A stretch of 64,000 bases of DNA, from NCBI GenBank assembly GCA_963933215.1, contig CAWVSB010000010.1:32256-96255 (forward strand), given 5' to 3'. Position 1 is the first letter of the stretch. Every line of letters starts with the position of its first letter. This document shows positions 48,320 to 58,471 of this stretch, piece after piece. Made by a program: the position numbers and the translations under genes. Origin of the DNA: an uncultured Cellvibrionales bacterium (lineage in GTDB: Bacteria; Pseudomonadota; Gammaproteobacteria; Pseudomonadales; CAWVSB01). The notes below the pieces were generated by a model, which saw only the letters and a list, made by a program, of their open reading frames with translations, had not been told where the DNA came from and searched no databases.

Positions 48320-49423
48320 ATGAATATCACAATGGTAAAGAGTACCTCTTTGGCAACTGTCTACTCAACTACAATGCAACTCTTAACCGCACTAGGAATT
48401 TTATTGTTACTGGCCTCATGTGGTTCAGCGACTATAAACCAAGACTCAAAAGCGCTACCAGCAACCACCGTATCAGATCAGCCCAGCGAGAGTTATGCCA
48501 GCTCTACCCCTGGCGTTAAGAGAGAAATTATTTCTCTCGACCAGACTGATGTAGCTACGCTAGAAAAGCCGGAAAGCGACTATTTGATTGGCCCCGGTGA
48601 TGTACTGGATATCAATATTAATGGTGAAGCGGGGATGGATGCTCTGCGAGTCAGAGTTGACGCCAACGGCGAGATCCAACTTCCCGTGGTTGAGAGTATT
48701 AACGCGTTAGGGCAATCTATCAGCACGCTACAGAAAAACCTCAAGAAAGCCTATCTAGTTGAATTTAAGGATCCATGGATCGTAGTTGGTATCGCAGAAT
48801 TTCGCAGTCATCCATTGTATTTTCTTGGTGAGTTTAATTCTCCCGGAGTTATATACATGGATGGGCCGGTAAACTTACTACAGGCCATCGGACTCGCTGG
48901 TGGGATGACTAGTAACTCGTATCTCGCTGGCGCACGTCTGTTGCGTGAACAGAAAATTCTCCCTATCGATATCAAATCACTGCTAACAGAAAACTCATTT
49001 GCACAAAATATATGGCTACAGTCTGACGATACTTTTTACGTGCCCAGTTACGAAGATTTAAATGTGTTTGTGCTGGGCGCGGTAAACTCACCGGGTGCGC
49101 AGCCCTTTAAAAATACACCTACCTTACTGACCGCTCTAGCGCAGTCTGCAGGAGCTGTCAGCGCTCGAGCCAAACTATCTGAAACTAGGATAATTAGAAC
49201 TCGGTCACCGCTCAAAGGAGAGTTAATAACAGTGGATGCTAAAAGTATACTTAATGGCACCCTACCTGACTTTCCCCTCGTACAAGGAGACATTATCTTT
49301 GTACCAAATTCAGCGGCTGGCGACTGGAATGAGATTATCCAAAGGATCGCACCGACTGTCGATCTGGTTGGCGGCATGCTTGAACCCTTTGTCCAGTATA
49401 AATTCCTCAACGATAACGACTAA
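48320..49423 (+). CDS. wza: Polysaccharide export outer-membrane lipoprotein (Wza/OPX, SLBB repeats)
   Basis: Lipobox LASC, YLIGPGDVLDI, VDANGEIQLP, GEFNSPG, GAVNSPG, GDIIFVP. Confidence 0.85.
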   Translation: MNITMVKSTSLATVYSTTMQLLTALGILLLLASCGSATINQDSKALPATTVSDQPSESYASSTPGVKREIISLDQTDVATLEKPESDYLIGPGDVLDININGEAGMDALRVRVDANGEIQLPVVESINALGQSISTLQKNLKKAYLVEFKDPWIVVGIAEFRSHPLYFLGEFNSPGVIYMDGPVNLLQAIGLAGGMTSNSYLAGARLLREQKILPIDIKSLLTENSFAQNIWLQSDDTFYVPSYEDLNVFVLGAVNSPGAQPFKNTPTLLTALAQSAGAVSARAKLSETRIIRTRSPLKGELITVDAKSILNGTLPDFPLVQGDIIFVPNSAAGDWNEIIQRIAPTVDLVGGMLEPFVQYKFLNDND

Positions 49424-49482
49424 GGCCTTGCCATTCAGGTTATCGGCATTCGATCTTAATGCATAAAAACATCAGCACCAAT

Positions 49483-51582
49483 TTAGGGTGAAATGAACGG
49501 ATCATTAGGAAATATACCACTGAGTACCAGCCGAGTTCTGGATTGACTTGATCTATTAAGTTCGTAAGCGGCTCTTCGAACACTAGCCAAAGCGCTACCC
49601 GGCTTTGTAACCAACACCGATAAATCAGTCTCTGTATTAATCAGCGAGGCTGACAGCGTGCTACCAAAAACACCTATGTTGAATATAATCACATCGTACT
49701 CCGACGCTAAACTTGAGATGGCGGCTCTCACTCCATTGAGCGATACATTCTCATCTCGGTGGCAAAATGGATCACCAGCGTTCAAATAATCAAAGCCAGG
49801 CTGTAATTCTTTAACCGTATGAGAATCACCCTTTAGCAACTCTCTCCAACCGTGGCTATCATCGCTGTTTGAGACACTAGCTAATCCTATATCAGCATTA
49901 ACTAACAGCGTCTTCAGACCCGAGTCTGAAAAGCTTCTACCCAGTCTGCTAGCTACCTCATCACACTGTACATCTGTTGAATCTGCAACCACTGACATGA
50001 TACGAGCTCTGCGCTCAGCCTGCAGCGGCTCCAAGTTGGTCAACTGGATTGCATTACGTATTTTATGAGCACTGATGTCAGCTGATGGCAACGATTCCCC
50101 ATCAACTCCCAGTGGTTCCAGGCATCCAATCAGTGGCGCTTGCAAAGCCAAAGAGCCCAGATCGTCGCTAAACCTCACCGCAGGACGAATTATAGCTGCG
50201 CCAACATATATTAGCAGTGTTAACCCGACCATAAATACTGCGGCAATCACTGAAAAAATATTTCTTGTATCTTTCGCAGGTTCAGTAGCAATTTGTCCCC
50301 GCGATACAACTTCTATAACTCCTGGCACGTCAAAGCGGCTTTCAAGTTGAATTTCGTCAAGAATTCTGCGCGTTTCATCAAGCAGCTCTCTGAGTACTAT
50401 AGATTCCTTTTCAAGGAATTTTAATTCGATGATTTTTCGATTCAGAATTCTCGCTTCATCTCGCAGGCCTGTATATATTTCCTTGGCACCATCTCGCTTG
50501 CCAGCAAGCTCCTGCAATCTTTGGCTTCTTGATTCACTAGAGCTCAAAGGGTCGGCGCCTGCTTTGAGCGCTCTAATAGATTCACGCCGATCGGTGATTG
50601 ACTGCTCTAGGATTGCTAGCGCCGACTTTGAATTTACTACGTTGCGCTGCCACGGTTGATAACGATCCTCCATATGAATCAATTCGGTCCTCAATTTCAT
50701 CCTGTCGTATATCATTTCATCAAGTGCATCATCATCAACCAATGCTCTGGTGGTATCTTTGTCATAAGACAGCGACGCAGACGTAATCCCCGTCTCTTGT
50801 AACTCAGTTATCATCCGGTTGTAATCCGCCAATTTTTTAGATGCAGTCTGCAGCTGCTCAACCGTCGTTGAATGCGCCGCAACTGCCGAGTCGACTCCGT
50901 ACTCCCCACCTATTTCGAGTGCCTGTGCATTCTTATTCTTTATCTTGTCCAATAATCGCTGTTCTCGTTGTGACAACTCCTGCTCACGATAGCTGACGCG
51001 ACTTCTGGTACCCTCGCGCTGCATCGATAAATAGGTATCCAGCAGCGTGTTCGTAAAGATTGCCGCTATCGCTGGGTCAGACTGCCATGTTTTTAGAGTA
51101 ATAAGACTTTTCGACTGCGAGATATTCAAGCGGCTTTGTAACTCTTGTTTGGACAAAGCAATAGTAGGATGCTTATCGACAATATTCTGGACCGTTCTGT
51201 CTAGCAGCACCGGTCCAGAAAGTAGACTGATTTGTGACAATACGAATGCGTCAAAGTCCCTAGATTGCATTGAATCATTTTCATAAAGAATGAAGGGTTG
51301 TGTGGCGGCTATTCGAATCAGCGCCTCGCTTTCATACCGGGGCGAACTCATGATAGTAACCACCAGAATGGCAACAAAAGCACTCAGCGCAGCATAACGA
51401 GCGACCTGTTTGTACCGGCCTCGAAAAGTTCGCAGCAACCATTTTAAAGGATCCGGCGGCGGTGACTCGCTGCTCTCCACGAAATTTCTAACACGCAGCA
51501 ACGATGGGTCTCCAGCAAAGCTGTTGACAGAAGTATTGGCATACCCACGCTGACCCTCTGCATGAGTTGACTCAGCGCTCAT
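49483..51582 (-). CDS. wzc: Wzc/GumC-like polysaccharide co-polymerase with degenerate P-loop domain
   Basis: Two TM segments flanking a coiled-coil periplasmic domain. Cytoplasmic domain keeps GLKTLLVNAD and YDVIIFN but lacks the Walker A GK[ST] and the Tyr cluster. Confidence 0.75.
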   Translation of the reverse strand: MSAESTHAEGQRGYANTSVNSFAGDPSLLRVRNFVESSESPPPDPLKWLLRTFRGRYKQVARYAALSAFVAILVVTIMSSPRYESEALIRIAATQPFILYENDSMQSRDFDAFVLSQISLLSGPVLLDRTVQNIVDKHPTIALSKQELQSRLNISQSKSLITLKTWQSDPAIAAIFTNTLLDTYLSMQREGTRSRVSYREQELSQREQRLLDKIKNKNAQALEIGGEYGVDSAVAAHSTTVEQLQTASKKLADYNRMITELQETGITSASLSYDKDTTRALVDDDALDEMIYDRMKLRTELIHMEDRYQPWQRNVVNSKSALAILEQSITDRRESIRALKAGADPLSSSESRSQRLQELAGKRDGAKEIYTGLRDEARILNRKIIELKFLEKESIVLRELLDETRRILDEIQLESRFDVPGVIEVVSRGQIATEPAKDTRNIFSVIAAVFMVGLTLLIYVGAAIIRPAVRFSDDLGSLALQAPLIGCLEPLGVDGESLPSADISAHKIRNAIQLTNLEPLQAERRARIMSVVADSTDVQCDEVASRLGRSFSDSGLKTLLVNADIGLASVSNSDDSHGWRELLKGDSHTVKELQPGFDYLNAGDPFCHRDENVSLNGVRAAISSLASEYDVIIFNIGVFGSTLSASLINTETDLSVLVTKPGSALASVRRAAYELNRSSQSRTRLVLSGIFPNDPFISP

Positions 51583-52481
51583 CTTAGCCCTCGACTTGAC
51601 TCATCTCTTTCCCACGCCCTATTATTATATTGCCCTGTCAGCAATACTTTGACTCTTATCCACGTGCTGATAACAATATATATGGGCAACGGTAACCACA
51701 GCGATGGTCGACCTAACATTTTCTTCATTATGTCGACTAACGACCCCGCCGCTAAAGAATCATTGCTAGCATAACCGAGTTTCTGGAGCTCCAAAGTACC
51801 GCGTATTGCTCTGGTTCGAATCTTCACTAGGCCACTGAGGGTATGCGGAGCTGACATCTGAAAAACACAGTTCTCAACATGCGCACGCTCGTGGCTTTTG
51901 AACAGCTGTTTGACATATTCGTCGTCATTAGTGACGTTGGGGAATTCTCCAAGCCGCTCAGCGCCCTTCTCTGATATTGCAAATACACCGCCAAATTTGC
52001 CCGAGGAAAGATAGCTATTATGTTGCCAAATATTATAAAAGGCTTGAACGACGTAACTCGAACGGTTGGTATATACATGCATATTTCCACAAGAAACAAA
52101 GAACTCACTGTTAAGTAATGGCGCGATCAGAGACCTTAAGCTCGAGCTTGTAACCTCCAAATCCGCATCCAAATAGATTCTGGGGTAAACCCTGTTACCG
52201 CTATCAGCAAGATTTAGAGCATGAATCTTGGAGGCCACGGCTGTTTCGATAACGGTTACTTCAGGAAAGTACTGGCGTACAATAGCTGCGGTATTATCAG
52301 TACAGCCGTTACAGACGACAGTTATCGCAAACTCTCCTTTATAGGCAGATTGAAGCACTGACGTCAGACATCTGCCAATAACACTGGCTTCATTATGAGC
52401 GGGTATCACAATCGATGCCCTGACAGCGCTCAAATCATTACGGTGGTTCGGGCTAGATGACATATTCAGGTAATGGGTCAT
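51579..52481 (-). CDS. Glycosyltransferase family 2
   Basis: IVIPAHNEA, CNGCTDNT, SKIHALN, YLDAD, NDD. Confidence 0.9.
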   Translation of the reverse strand: MTHYLNMSSSPNHRNDLSAVRASIVIPAHNEASVIGRCLTSVLQSAYKGEFAITVVCNGCTDNTAAIVRQYFPEVTVIETAVASKIHALNLADSGNRVYPRIYLDADLEVTSSSLRSLIAPLLNSEFFVSCGNMHVYTNRSSYVVQAFYNIWQHNSYLSSGKFGGVFAISEKGAERLGEFPNVTNDDEYVKQLFKSHERAHVENCVFQMSAPHTLSGLVKIRTRAIRGTLELQKLGYASNDSLAAGSLVDIMKKMLGRPSLWLPLPIYIVISTWIRVKVLLTGQYNNRAWERDESSRGLR

Positions 52482-52559
52482 TAGTAAACTCTAAGTTGCT
52501 CTGCATTATAATAATTGGCATCTGCGGGTAACAAACCCGAGTAGAGCCCACTGCTGTGT

Positions 52560-53156
52560 TTAAGTAGTATAGTTTTCCCAGGTTTCATTGCGCTCCGTCA
52601 TAACGGGCTGCTGGACATCGCATTTTTGCATCTCATCACCGTCAATAAATTTCCTCACCATATTGATTAGCTCTATATTTCTCGCCCCCCCCACACTCAG
52701 TTTTTGACCTTCAACTACCCGCTTTGGCGCTGCCAGCGCACGCTCAATACAGGACCCGATTTCATTTTCGTTGTGAGCCAAATATATGCCATCGATATGC
52801 GCGAATTTATTCGCAGTAGCTAGTTGATGATCGTTACGATGCTCGCCCTGCACCGCCAACCTAGGTAATATAACAATAGGTTTACCAAGGTCTAACGCCG
52901 TAATGATTGACCCCATACCAGCATGTGAAATCAGCAGGTCTGCGTGAGCTACCTGGCGCGCAAATTCCATCATGGAAATACGTGCTTGACTGTCAATGTG
53001 AAAAGGTAGCACTGAGCCCTCTCCAACTTGCGCGAATATATCTGTTTGCGAATTTTGGACTGCCCAACAATCGATAGCGGTGATCAATCGATCGAACGGC
53101 AGTTGAGTACCTACAGTTACAAATATAGCGTTTCGCTTTTTTGATAAATTGCTCAC
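52560..53156 (-). CDS. pssE: PssE/CpsG-like (Alg13-like, GT28 C-terminal) glycosyltransferase subunit
   Basis: IFVTVGTQLPFDRL, ISHAGMGSI, PR...GEHRNDHQ. Confidence 0.85.
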   Translation of the reverse strand: MSNLSKKRNAIFVTVGTQLPFDRLITAIDCWAVQNSQTDIFAQVGEGSVLPFHIDSQARISMMEFARQVAHADLLISHAGMGSIITALDLGKPIVILPRLAVQGEHRNDHQLATANKFAHIDGIYLAHNENEIGSCIERALAAPKRVVEGQKLSVGGARNIELINMVRKFIDGDEMQKCDVQQPVMTERNETWENYTT

Positions 53157-53611
53157 AATACGGCTCCTCGATAAAAAACTCGCTGCTCATCAGATAACTC
53201 TGGCCATTGGGTCAACACCAGATCTGAATGGGCAACTGCTAATTCACCCGACAGCGACAACTTCTCAGCGTTGGCAATAGAGTCAATGAATAGTCCCTTG
53301 GCGCCGACAAGTTTGCCCAGTCGTATGGCGAGATATCCATGCGCGGCACCGGTCGAAACAATTACATCTGGGCGAAAAGCGAGGACAATATAGAGAAGCT
53401 TGACAACAATAAAAATCAGCTTTAATTTCGTGCTCCTATTGCCGTCAAGGACACGGTAAAATTTATCGGGGGCTACCGCCGCCCGCGAGCCCTCATCTAC
53501 TGATACAAAAGCACAACGACATCCAGTCAGCGCTGGGCGTAAACGCATTAGCTGCACCCAGTGACCACCGCCTGAGGCGACGGCAAGAACTTTTTTTTGA
53601 CTTGTCTTCAT
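53153..53611 (-). CDS. pssD: PssD/CpsF-like (Alg14-like) glycosyltransferase subunit
   Basis: VASGGGHWVQL, RPDVIVSTGAA, FIDSIAN, LTQW. ATG at 53611 (TTG at 53626 is an alternative). Confidence 0.85.
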   Translation of the reverse strand: MKTSQKKVLAVASGGGHWVQLMRLRPALTGCRCAFVSVDEGSRAAVAPDKFYRVLDGNRSTKLKLIFIVVKLLYIVLAFRPDVIVSTGAAHGYLAIRLGKLVGAKGLFIDSIANAEKLSLSGELAVAHSDLVLTQWPELSDEQRVFYRGAVL

Positions 53612-53663
53612 AGGCTTTTGCTCCAATTACAAACTTAATAATTACTGTCTCAACCTACCTAAG

Positions 53664-53679
53664 AGCAACAACTGTGCCA
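53664..53679 (-). promoter_or_regulatory. Sigma54 promoter of EPS operon 2 (pssD-pssE-GT2-wzc)
   Basis: Minus strand TGGCACA-GTTG-TTGCT. Confidence 0.8.
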
Positions 53680-53823
53680 AACAGTTAACTTGAGGTAACA
53701 AGCTATAGAGAATCAGTAAAATACTAATAATATTAGTAACTTAAGGAATTTAACGAGTCCGCAACTATTCAATTATGGCCGTTATTCACACTTAGGCCGC
53801 GGGGTATAGGTGAGCCATATGCA

Positions 53824-53864
53824 TTGCAATTTGAAAGAAAAACCAACAGCCTCGCATTATGCGA
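53824..53864. promoter_or_regulatory. Shared enhancer-like boxes between divergent sigma54 promoters
   Basis: TTGCAATTTGAAA (53824) and TCGCATTATGCGA (53852), the same pattern as the boxes at 42.2 kb, roughly equidistant from both promoters. Confidence 0.6.
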
Positions 53865-53993
53865 CCAAATAGTGGGTCAGGGTGGCTGGTGCCGGCGATA
53901 CCACCGTGGCTATCTCACTATTATTTGCGACTAAACTGTTAAAATTTTTGTCTATCTGTCTGTTTTTCGTCATTTTATAAGTTCTTATCAACA

Positions 53994-54009
53994 TGGCACG
54001 GTCTTTGCA
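53994..54009 (+). promoter_or_regulatory. Sigma54 promoter of EPS operon 3
   Basis: TGGCACG-GTCT-TTGCA, consensus match. Confidence 0.85.
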
Positions 54010-54038
54010 GTTTCCCTTAGGTAACGCAACCTAGAGCA

Positions 54039-54191
54039 ATGACAATGAACAGACCTAAACAGACACAGAAAAGTAGCAAAGATGTGACGCGAACCAACTA
54101 TTACACTAGATGCGTTGCAGATATTGGGTCAACGTTAGACTCTTGTTGTCGACAGGCTTATTGCGGTAACAATGGTGCATGGGCGTCATGA
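54039..54191 (+). CDS. Possible 50-aa Cys-rich small ORF
   Basis: MTMNRPKQTQKSSKDVTRTNYYTRCVADIGSTLDSCCRQAYCGNNGAWAS*. The stop overlaps ATG 54188 of the next gene (ATGA). Confidence 0.3.
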   Translation: MTMNRPKQTQKSSKDVTRTNYYTRCVADIGSTLDSCCRQAYCGNNGAWAS

Positions 54192-56107
54192 TCATGAATT
54201 GGTTTAGTTTGGGAATTGCTGATCCTTCTAGCCGTCAGCAGAGCCAACGTCGTCCTCTCGGACTGGTATTTCTCACCGCACTGCCACTATTATTATTATG
54301 GAAATACTATAGCGTTTCTGCGGAAGAACTTGCCGTTCAGTTAGAATGGGGATTCTACGACTATGCGACCTGCTTTGTGCAAGACATCTTTATCTGGAGT
54401 GCACTGTATCTAATTTGCTCCAAAATGCTGACGCGGCCGTCTGGCTGGAAAGTTTTTGTCAGCCTGTTTTCTATTAACTTAATACTGCTACTGCAAATCG
54501 TTGACGCACGCATCAAGTTAAAGTTTCTCGAGCCGCTTTCGATAGATCTTATCCGCTTTAGTATCGAGGAGGCCGACCTGCTGGCTGACAGTTTCGAGTT
54601 ATTTGCAGGGGTGAATTTCTGGAAAGGCGCGTTGGTATCTATGGCAGTGTTATGGCTGGTTTGCGCTGTTACACAGCGCTCTAAATGGCTTTCTCCACAG
54701 GGTTATTTCGCCAAGCCGTTGGCCGCTATAGAACGGTTTACCGGCTACTGCGCGCTTGTCCTTGTTAGCAGCACACTGGTACTCAGCACGTTAACGTCTC
54801 CTAAACCCTATGGCTTGCATCAGAATTTTGTTTTTTCCGCTATGTCACAAGGAATCTTTTCAGAGCAGTTGCCAGGCTACCGAGATCATCAAAATCGACA
54901 CTCGTCAGAACCATTGCGCCTATCTTCAGCAGATGATTTTCAACACCAATCGGCAGCGGGAATAGATCTCGCTAAAGACTATAATGTGGTGCTGTATATA
55001 CTTGAAAGCACTCCACTGAAGGCGCTGCAACTGGCAGAGAAGGCAACTGGCACATCTTTATATAAAGAATTAGTTGAGGATGGCGCGTTATCGATGCCCT
55101 GTTATGCAACCTTCGCAACCTCCACAAAGTCTATGTATACATTACAAACGGGCATGTATGCGAGCCCTACCCAGGAAGTACTGGAAACAAGGATAAAGCA
55201 ACTAACAGGGTTGCCGCGCACATTGCGCGATGCTGGATATCATACTGAGTTTATCAGCGCTCAGAAACTGCATTACCAAGGATCGCGTACCCAATATGAA
55301 AATATGGGTTATCACCAGGTGACTGGGCTACCTGAACTGGCAGACCTTGCCGAGGAAAAAGGGGTAGCGTTTTCGCGTTCGGGTTTTGGGGATGGCGATG
55401 ATCGATTAATGTTCCTCCCCGGCTTTGAGCAGCTTAAGCAACAACAACCGTTTCTTGCTACTTACTACACGTCGGCCTCGCATTACCCTTATGACTTCCC
55501 TGGCAACACTGCGGGCACAGATTTTGAAAGACATCAACGGTCAATTGAATTCTCCCAGCTCGCGCTTCGAGAAATGATTGCAGGGCTTGATGCGCAAGGC
55601 CTGATGGAAAATACACTAATTATCATTACCTCAGATCATGGCGAAGAATTTTTTAATGGCAGCTTTCGTGGTCGGGGCACAACCCTCAGTGAGGCAACGC
55701 ATCTCGTACCATTAATACTGTATATCCGCGGCAAGGAAATTACCCTACCAACTCTGGAGTACGCCCGTCATATTGATATTGTACCTAGTATTCTAGACCT
55801 ATTAGGGTTGGCACCCGAGGGGTTGCCGCTACAGGGACACTCCATCTTTAAAAATGTCGCCAAGCGTCCAGTTTATATGAATAGCATCGGTCGCCTGCGC
55901 AGTATTGGGCTAATCGACAACGGGGTAAAGACCGTTCACTCGCTCGACACCAAGCTGACACGGTCAGGGCCAATGCCATTCCCAGGAGCCGAAGAAACAC
56001 TTACCTTAGTGGATTTGGGAGGACACAATCAGCTTGTTGAAAAAATGAAAAATTTCTCTATTTATAATGAAGCGGCATTGAGAGACAGAACTGGCTCTAA
56101 CAGATGA
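54179..56107 (+). CDS. LTA synthase/sulfatase-like membrane phosphotransferase
   Basis: About 5 N-terminal TM segments, then VLYILES, ATSTKS (Thr nucleophile candidate), SHYPY, TSDHGE, HIDIVPSILDLLG. Start may be 54188 or 54194. Confidence 0.8.
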   Translation: MGVMIMNWFSLGIADPSSRQQSQRRPLGLVFLTALPLLLLWKYYSVSAEELAVQLEWGFYDYATCFVQDIFIWSALYLICSKMLTRPSGWKVFVSLFSINLILLLQIVDARIKLKFLEPLSIDLIRFSIEEADLLADSFELFAGVNFWKGALVSMAVLWLVCAVTQRSKWLSPQGYFAKPLAAIERFTGYCALVLVSSTLVLSTLTSPKPYGLHQNFVFSAMSQGIFSEQLPGYRDHQNRHSSEPLRLSSADDFQHQSAAGIDLAKDYNVVLYILESTPLKALQLAEKATGTSLYKELVEDGALSMPCYATFATSTKSMYTLQTGMYASPTQEVLETRIKQLTGLPRTLRDAGYHTEFISAQKLHYQGSRTQYENMGYHQVTGLPELADLAEEKGVAFSRSGFGDGDDRLMFLPGFEQLKQQQPFLATYYTSASHYPYDFPGNTAGTDFERHQRSIEFSQLALREMIAGLDAQGLMENTLIIITSDHGEEFFNGSFRGRGTTLSEATHLVPLILYIRGKEITLPTLEYARHIDIVPSILDLLGLAPEGLPLQGHSIFKNVAKRPVYMNSIGRLRSIGLIDNGVKTVHSLDTKLTRSGPMPFPGAEETLTLVDLGGHNQLVEKMKNFSIYNEAALRDRTGSNR

Positions 56108-56144
56108 CACCTGAACGCATAGCAAAACTGGAGTCGTTACTACC

Positions 56145-57593
56145 TTGACTATAAAAAATTTTATTATAGGCAGCTCGGCATTAGTAAGCGCGCAGCTTCT
56201 ATCATCCGCTTGTTCATTTGTTAGAAATGTAATGGTTGCGCGGGAGATTTCCCTAACCGATTTCGGCATTGCTTCAGCCCTAGCCGCTACTCTGGCTTTA
56301 GTCGAGATGGCAAGCGCTGTAGCAATAGACAAGCTGCTACTGCAAGATAGTGAGGGCGATAGCGATCTGATGCTGTCTTCAGCTCATACACTGAGTATTA
56401 TAAGAGGCGTGCTATTAGCTGCCATACTGTACTTTTCTGCATGGCCTATAACTCATATTTTCAACTTGCAGGAAACACTGTGGGCTTTTCAGTTGCTAGC
56501 ACTGTTGCCCCTTATCAGCGGCTTTATTCATTTTGATTTTGTCACTAAACAACGCCAGATGAATATTTTTCCCACCTCCATCAATATCGTTGTTCCACAA
56601 GTGCTGGCAACAGCATTAGTCATTCCTGCCTTACATTACTTGCCCGACTATCGCGCGATGCTGCTGGTGATAATTGCCATACCTGTGTTTAATCTTCTGA
56701 TTTCACACATGACTGCAACGCGGCGATACAAGCTTAGTTTGGACTATGGTATTTTACTAAAAATGCTCACATTCGCTTGGCCACTGATGATAAGCGGTCT
56801 GTTAATGTTCACTATCTTTCAGGGCGATAAAGTCATTATTGGCGGTTATTATGACATGGCAACGCTTGGCCTATATAGCGTCGTTTTTTCGTCCTTGCTG
56901 CTACCAACGATGATACTGCACCGCTTATACAATGCTATGGCACTGCCACTAATTGCTCGCTCTTTTCACAGTCAAGTCGACTTCCAAACCCATAGTTCTA
57001 TAATCGTCTCGTCGACAATCGTACTTTGTGCAATAACAAGCGCAGTATTTCTTATTCTCGGCCCCACTCTTTTGATTCTGATCTTTGGCGAAAAGTTTAC
57101 TGGTAGCTTAGTCATTCTGCCATGGATAGCCCTAATGCTAAGCGTTAGAGTACTTAGAATCGCACCATCGGTCATCACCCTAGCAATGGCCGAACCCCGC
57201 TGTGAGTTATACGCAAATCTTGCACGGACTATCGCAATCCCGTTGTCATTAATCGCTGTCTATCAAGATTGGCCTATATATAGCATCGCTATCATGGGGT
57301 TTGTTGGCGAAATCTGTGCGCTGATTACTGCTTACACCCTACTAAAAGTACCTTTCAGCCGACGCTCACTAGTTGCCCCAATGCGAAATTCACTGTTGCT
57401 TTTAGTGCTGTTTGTGAGCATGGCATTTTTCTATTCACAGCTGTCACTTGGCATCGCTGGGCTGGCGACGATGGTAGCGGCAGCAGTTGTACTAGCAGCC
57501 GTTTTCATCACACTGTGTTTGATGGTTTATCGCTCTGTGCCCGACTTAAGCAATCTCATTAACGAATTCAATACAACGCCACACAGAATATAA
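56145..57593 (+). CDS. wzx: Wzx-type oligosaccharide flippase
   Basis: Many TM segments; AREISLTDFG, FAWPL, QGDKVIIG...LGLYS, FGEKF. Confidence 0.85.
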   Translation: MTIKNFIIGSSALVSAQLLSSACSFVRNVMVAREISLTDFGIASALAATLALVEMASAVAIDKLLLQDSEGDSDLMLSSAHTLSIIRGVLLAAILYFSAWPITHIFNLQETLWAFQLLALLPLISGFIHFDFVTKQRQMNIFPTSINIVVPQVLATALVIPALHYLPDYRAMLLVIIAIPVFNLLISHMTATRRYKLSLDYGILLKMLTFAWPLMISGLLMFTIFQGDKVIIGGYYDMATLGLYSVVFSSLLLPTMILHRLYNAMALPLIARSFHSQVDFQTHSSIIVSSTIVLCAITSAVFLILGPTLLILIFGEKFTGSLVILPWIALMLSVRVLRIAPSVITLAMAEPRCELYANLARTIAIPLSLIAVYQDWPIYSIAIMGFVGEICALITAYTLLKVPFSRRSLVAPMRNSLLLLVLFVSMAFFYSQLSLGIAGLATMVAAAVVLAAVFITLCLMVYRSVPDLSNLINEFNTTPHRI

Positions 57594-57684
57594 CCGCCGT
57601 AGTAGCGATACTAGGCATGTGGCAACGACATTAATATTGAGAGTTTTAGTACTTGATATGTCAGCAGCAGATAAGGAAATGATA

Positions 57685-58437
57685 ATGAAGTTTATTAGTA
57701 AGCTTGAAAGAATATTGGCAAAATCTCTTGTCACCGCGCCGGCAGAACTAACCGGGGACGCTCCTGCCGTGTCGTTCAGTTTCGACGACTTTCCTAAAAC
57801 TGCGTATACCAACGCAGGTAAAATTCTCGAGGACAATGAGGCCAGAGGTACCTATTTTTTATCTACTGATCTTATTGATACCCATTATGAAGGGCAAGCT
57901 CAGTGCGATACTAAAGACCTGCAAAATGTTATAGACAACGGTCATGAGATCGGTGGCCACACACAAAGCCATAAGCACCTACAAACTCTCAACAAAGCGG
58001 AAATGGAATCTGAAATCGTCGTAAACCGTGATTTTATTCGCAAAACTTTAGATACAGAAGTTAGCTCATTTGCATTTCCATTTGGAGGCACAAGTCCACA
58101 GGCCAAAAAAGCTGTCCTACCTCATTATCGGATTGCTAGGTCTATTAACCCTGGTCTCAATAGCGGGAGAATCGACCGGATGCATATAAAAGCTTACTCG
58201 ATATATGGCGAGAACTTCTGCCTCCGAAGGATTGAGCAGCTAGTTGAAGAAACGCTACGACAGAACGCATGGTTGGTTTTTTACACTCATGATGTCCAAA
58301 ATAAACACAGCGCCTATGGATGTTCAGTTAACCAGTTTGAGGCCGTTGTTAACGCGGTAAAAGCGCGCCAAATAGATATTAGAACAATGTCAGCAGTATC
58401 TAGAGATAGCATGCACATAGACACAGTATTATGTTAG
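57685..58437 (+). CDS. Polysaccharide deacetylase (NodB/CE4)
   Basis: SFSFDDF, GHEIGGHTQSH, FAFPFG, WLVFYTHDV. ATG at 57685 with AAGGA RBS. Confidence 0.85.
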   Translation: MKFISKLERILAKSLVTAPAELTGDAPAVSFSFDDFPKTAYTNAGKILEDNEARGTYFLSTDLIDTHYEGQAQCDTKDLQNVIDNGHEIGGHTQSHKHLQTLNKAEMESEIVVNRDFIRKTLDTEVSSFAFPFGGTSPQAKKAVLPHYRIARSINPGLNSGRIDRMHIKAYSIYGENFCLRRIEQLVEETLRQNAWLVFYTHDVQNKHSAYGCSVNQFEAVVNAVKARQIDIRTMSAVSRDSMHIDTVLC

Positions 58438-58471
58438 CCACTTGTCTACTGAAAGGGAATTTTAAATCATC

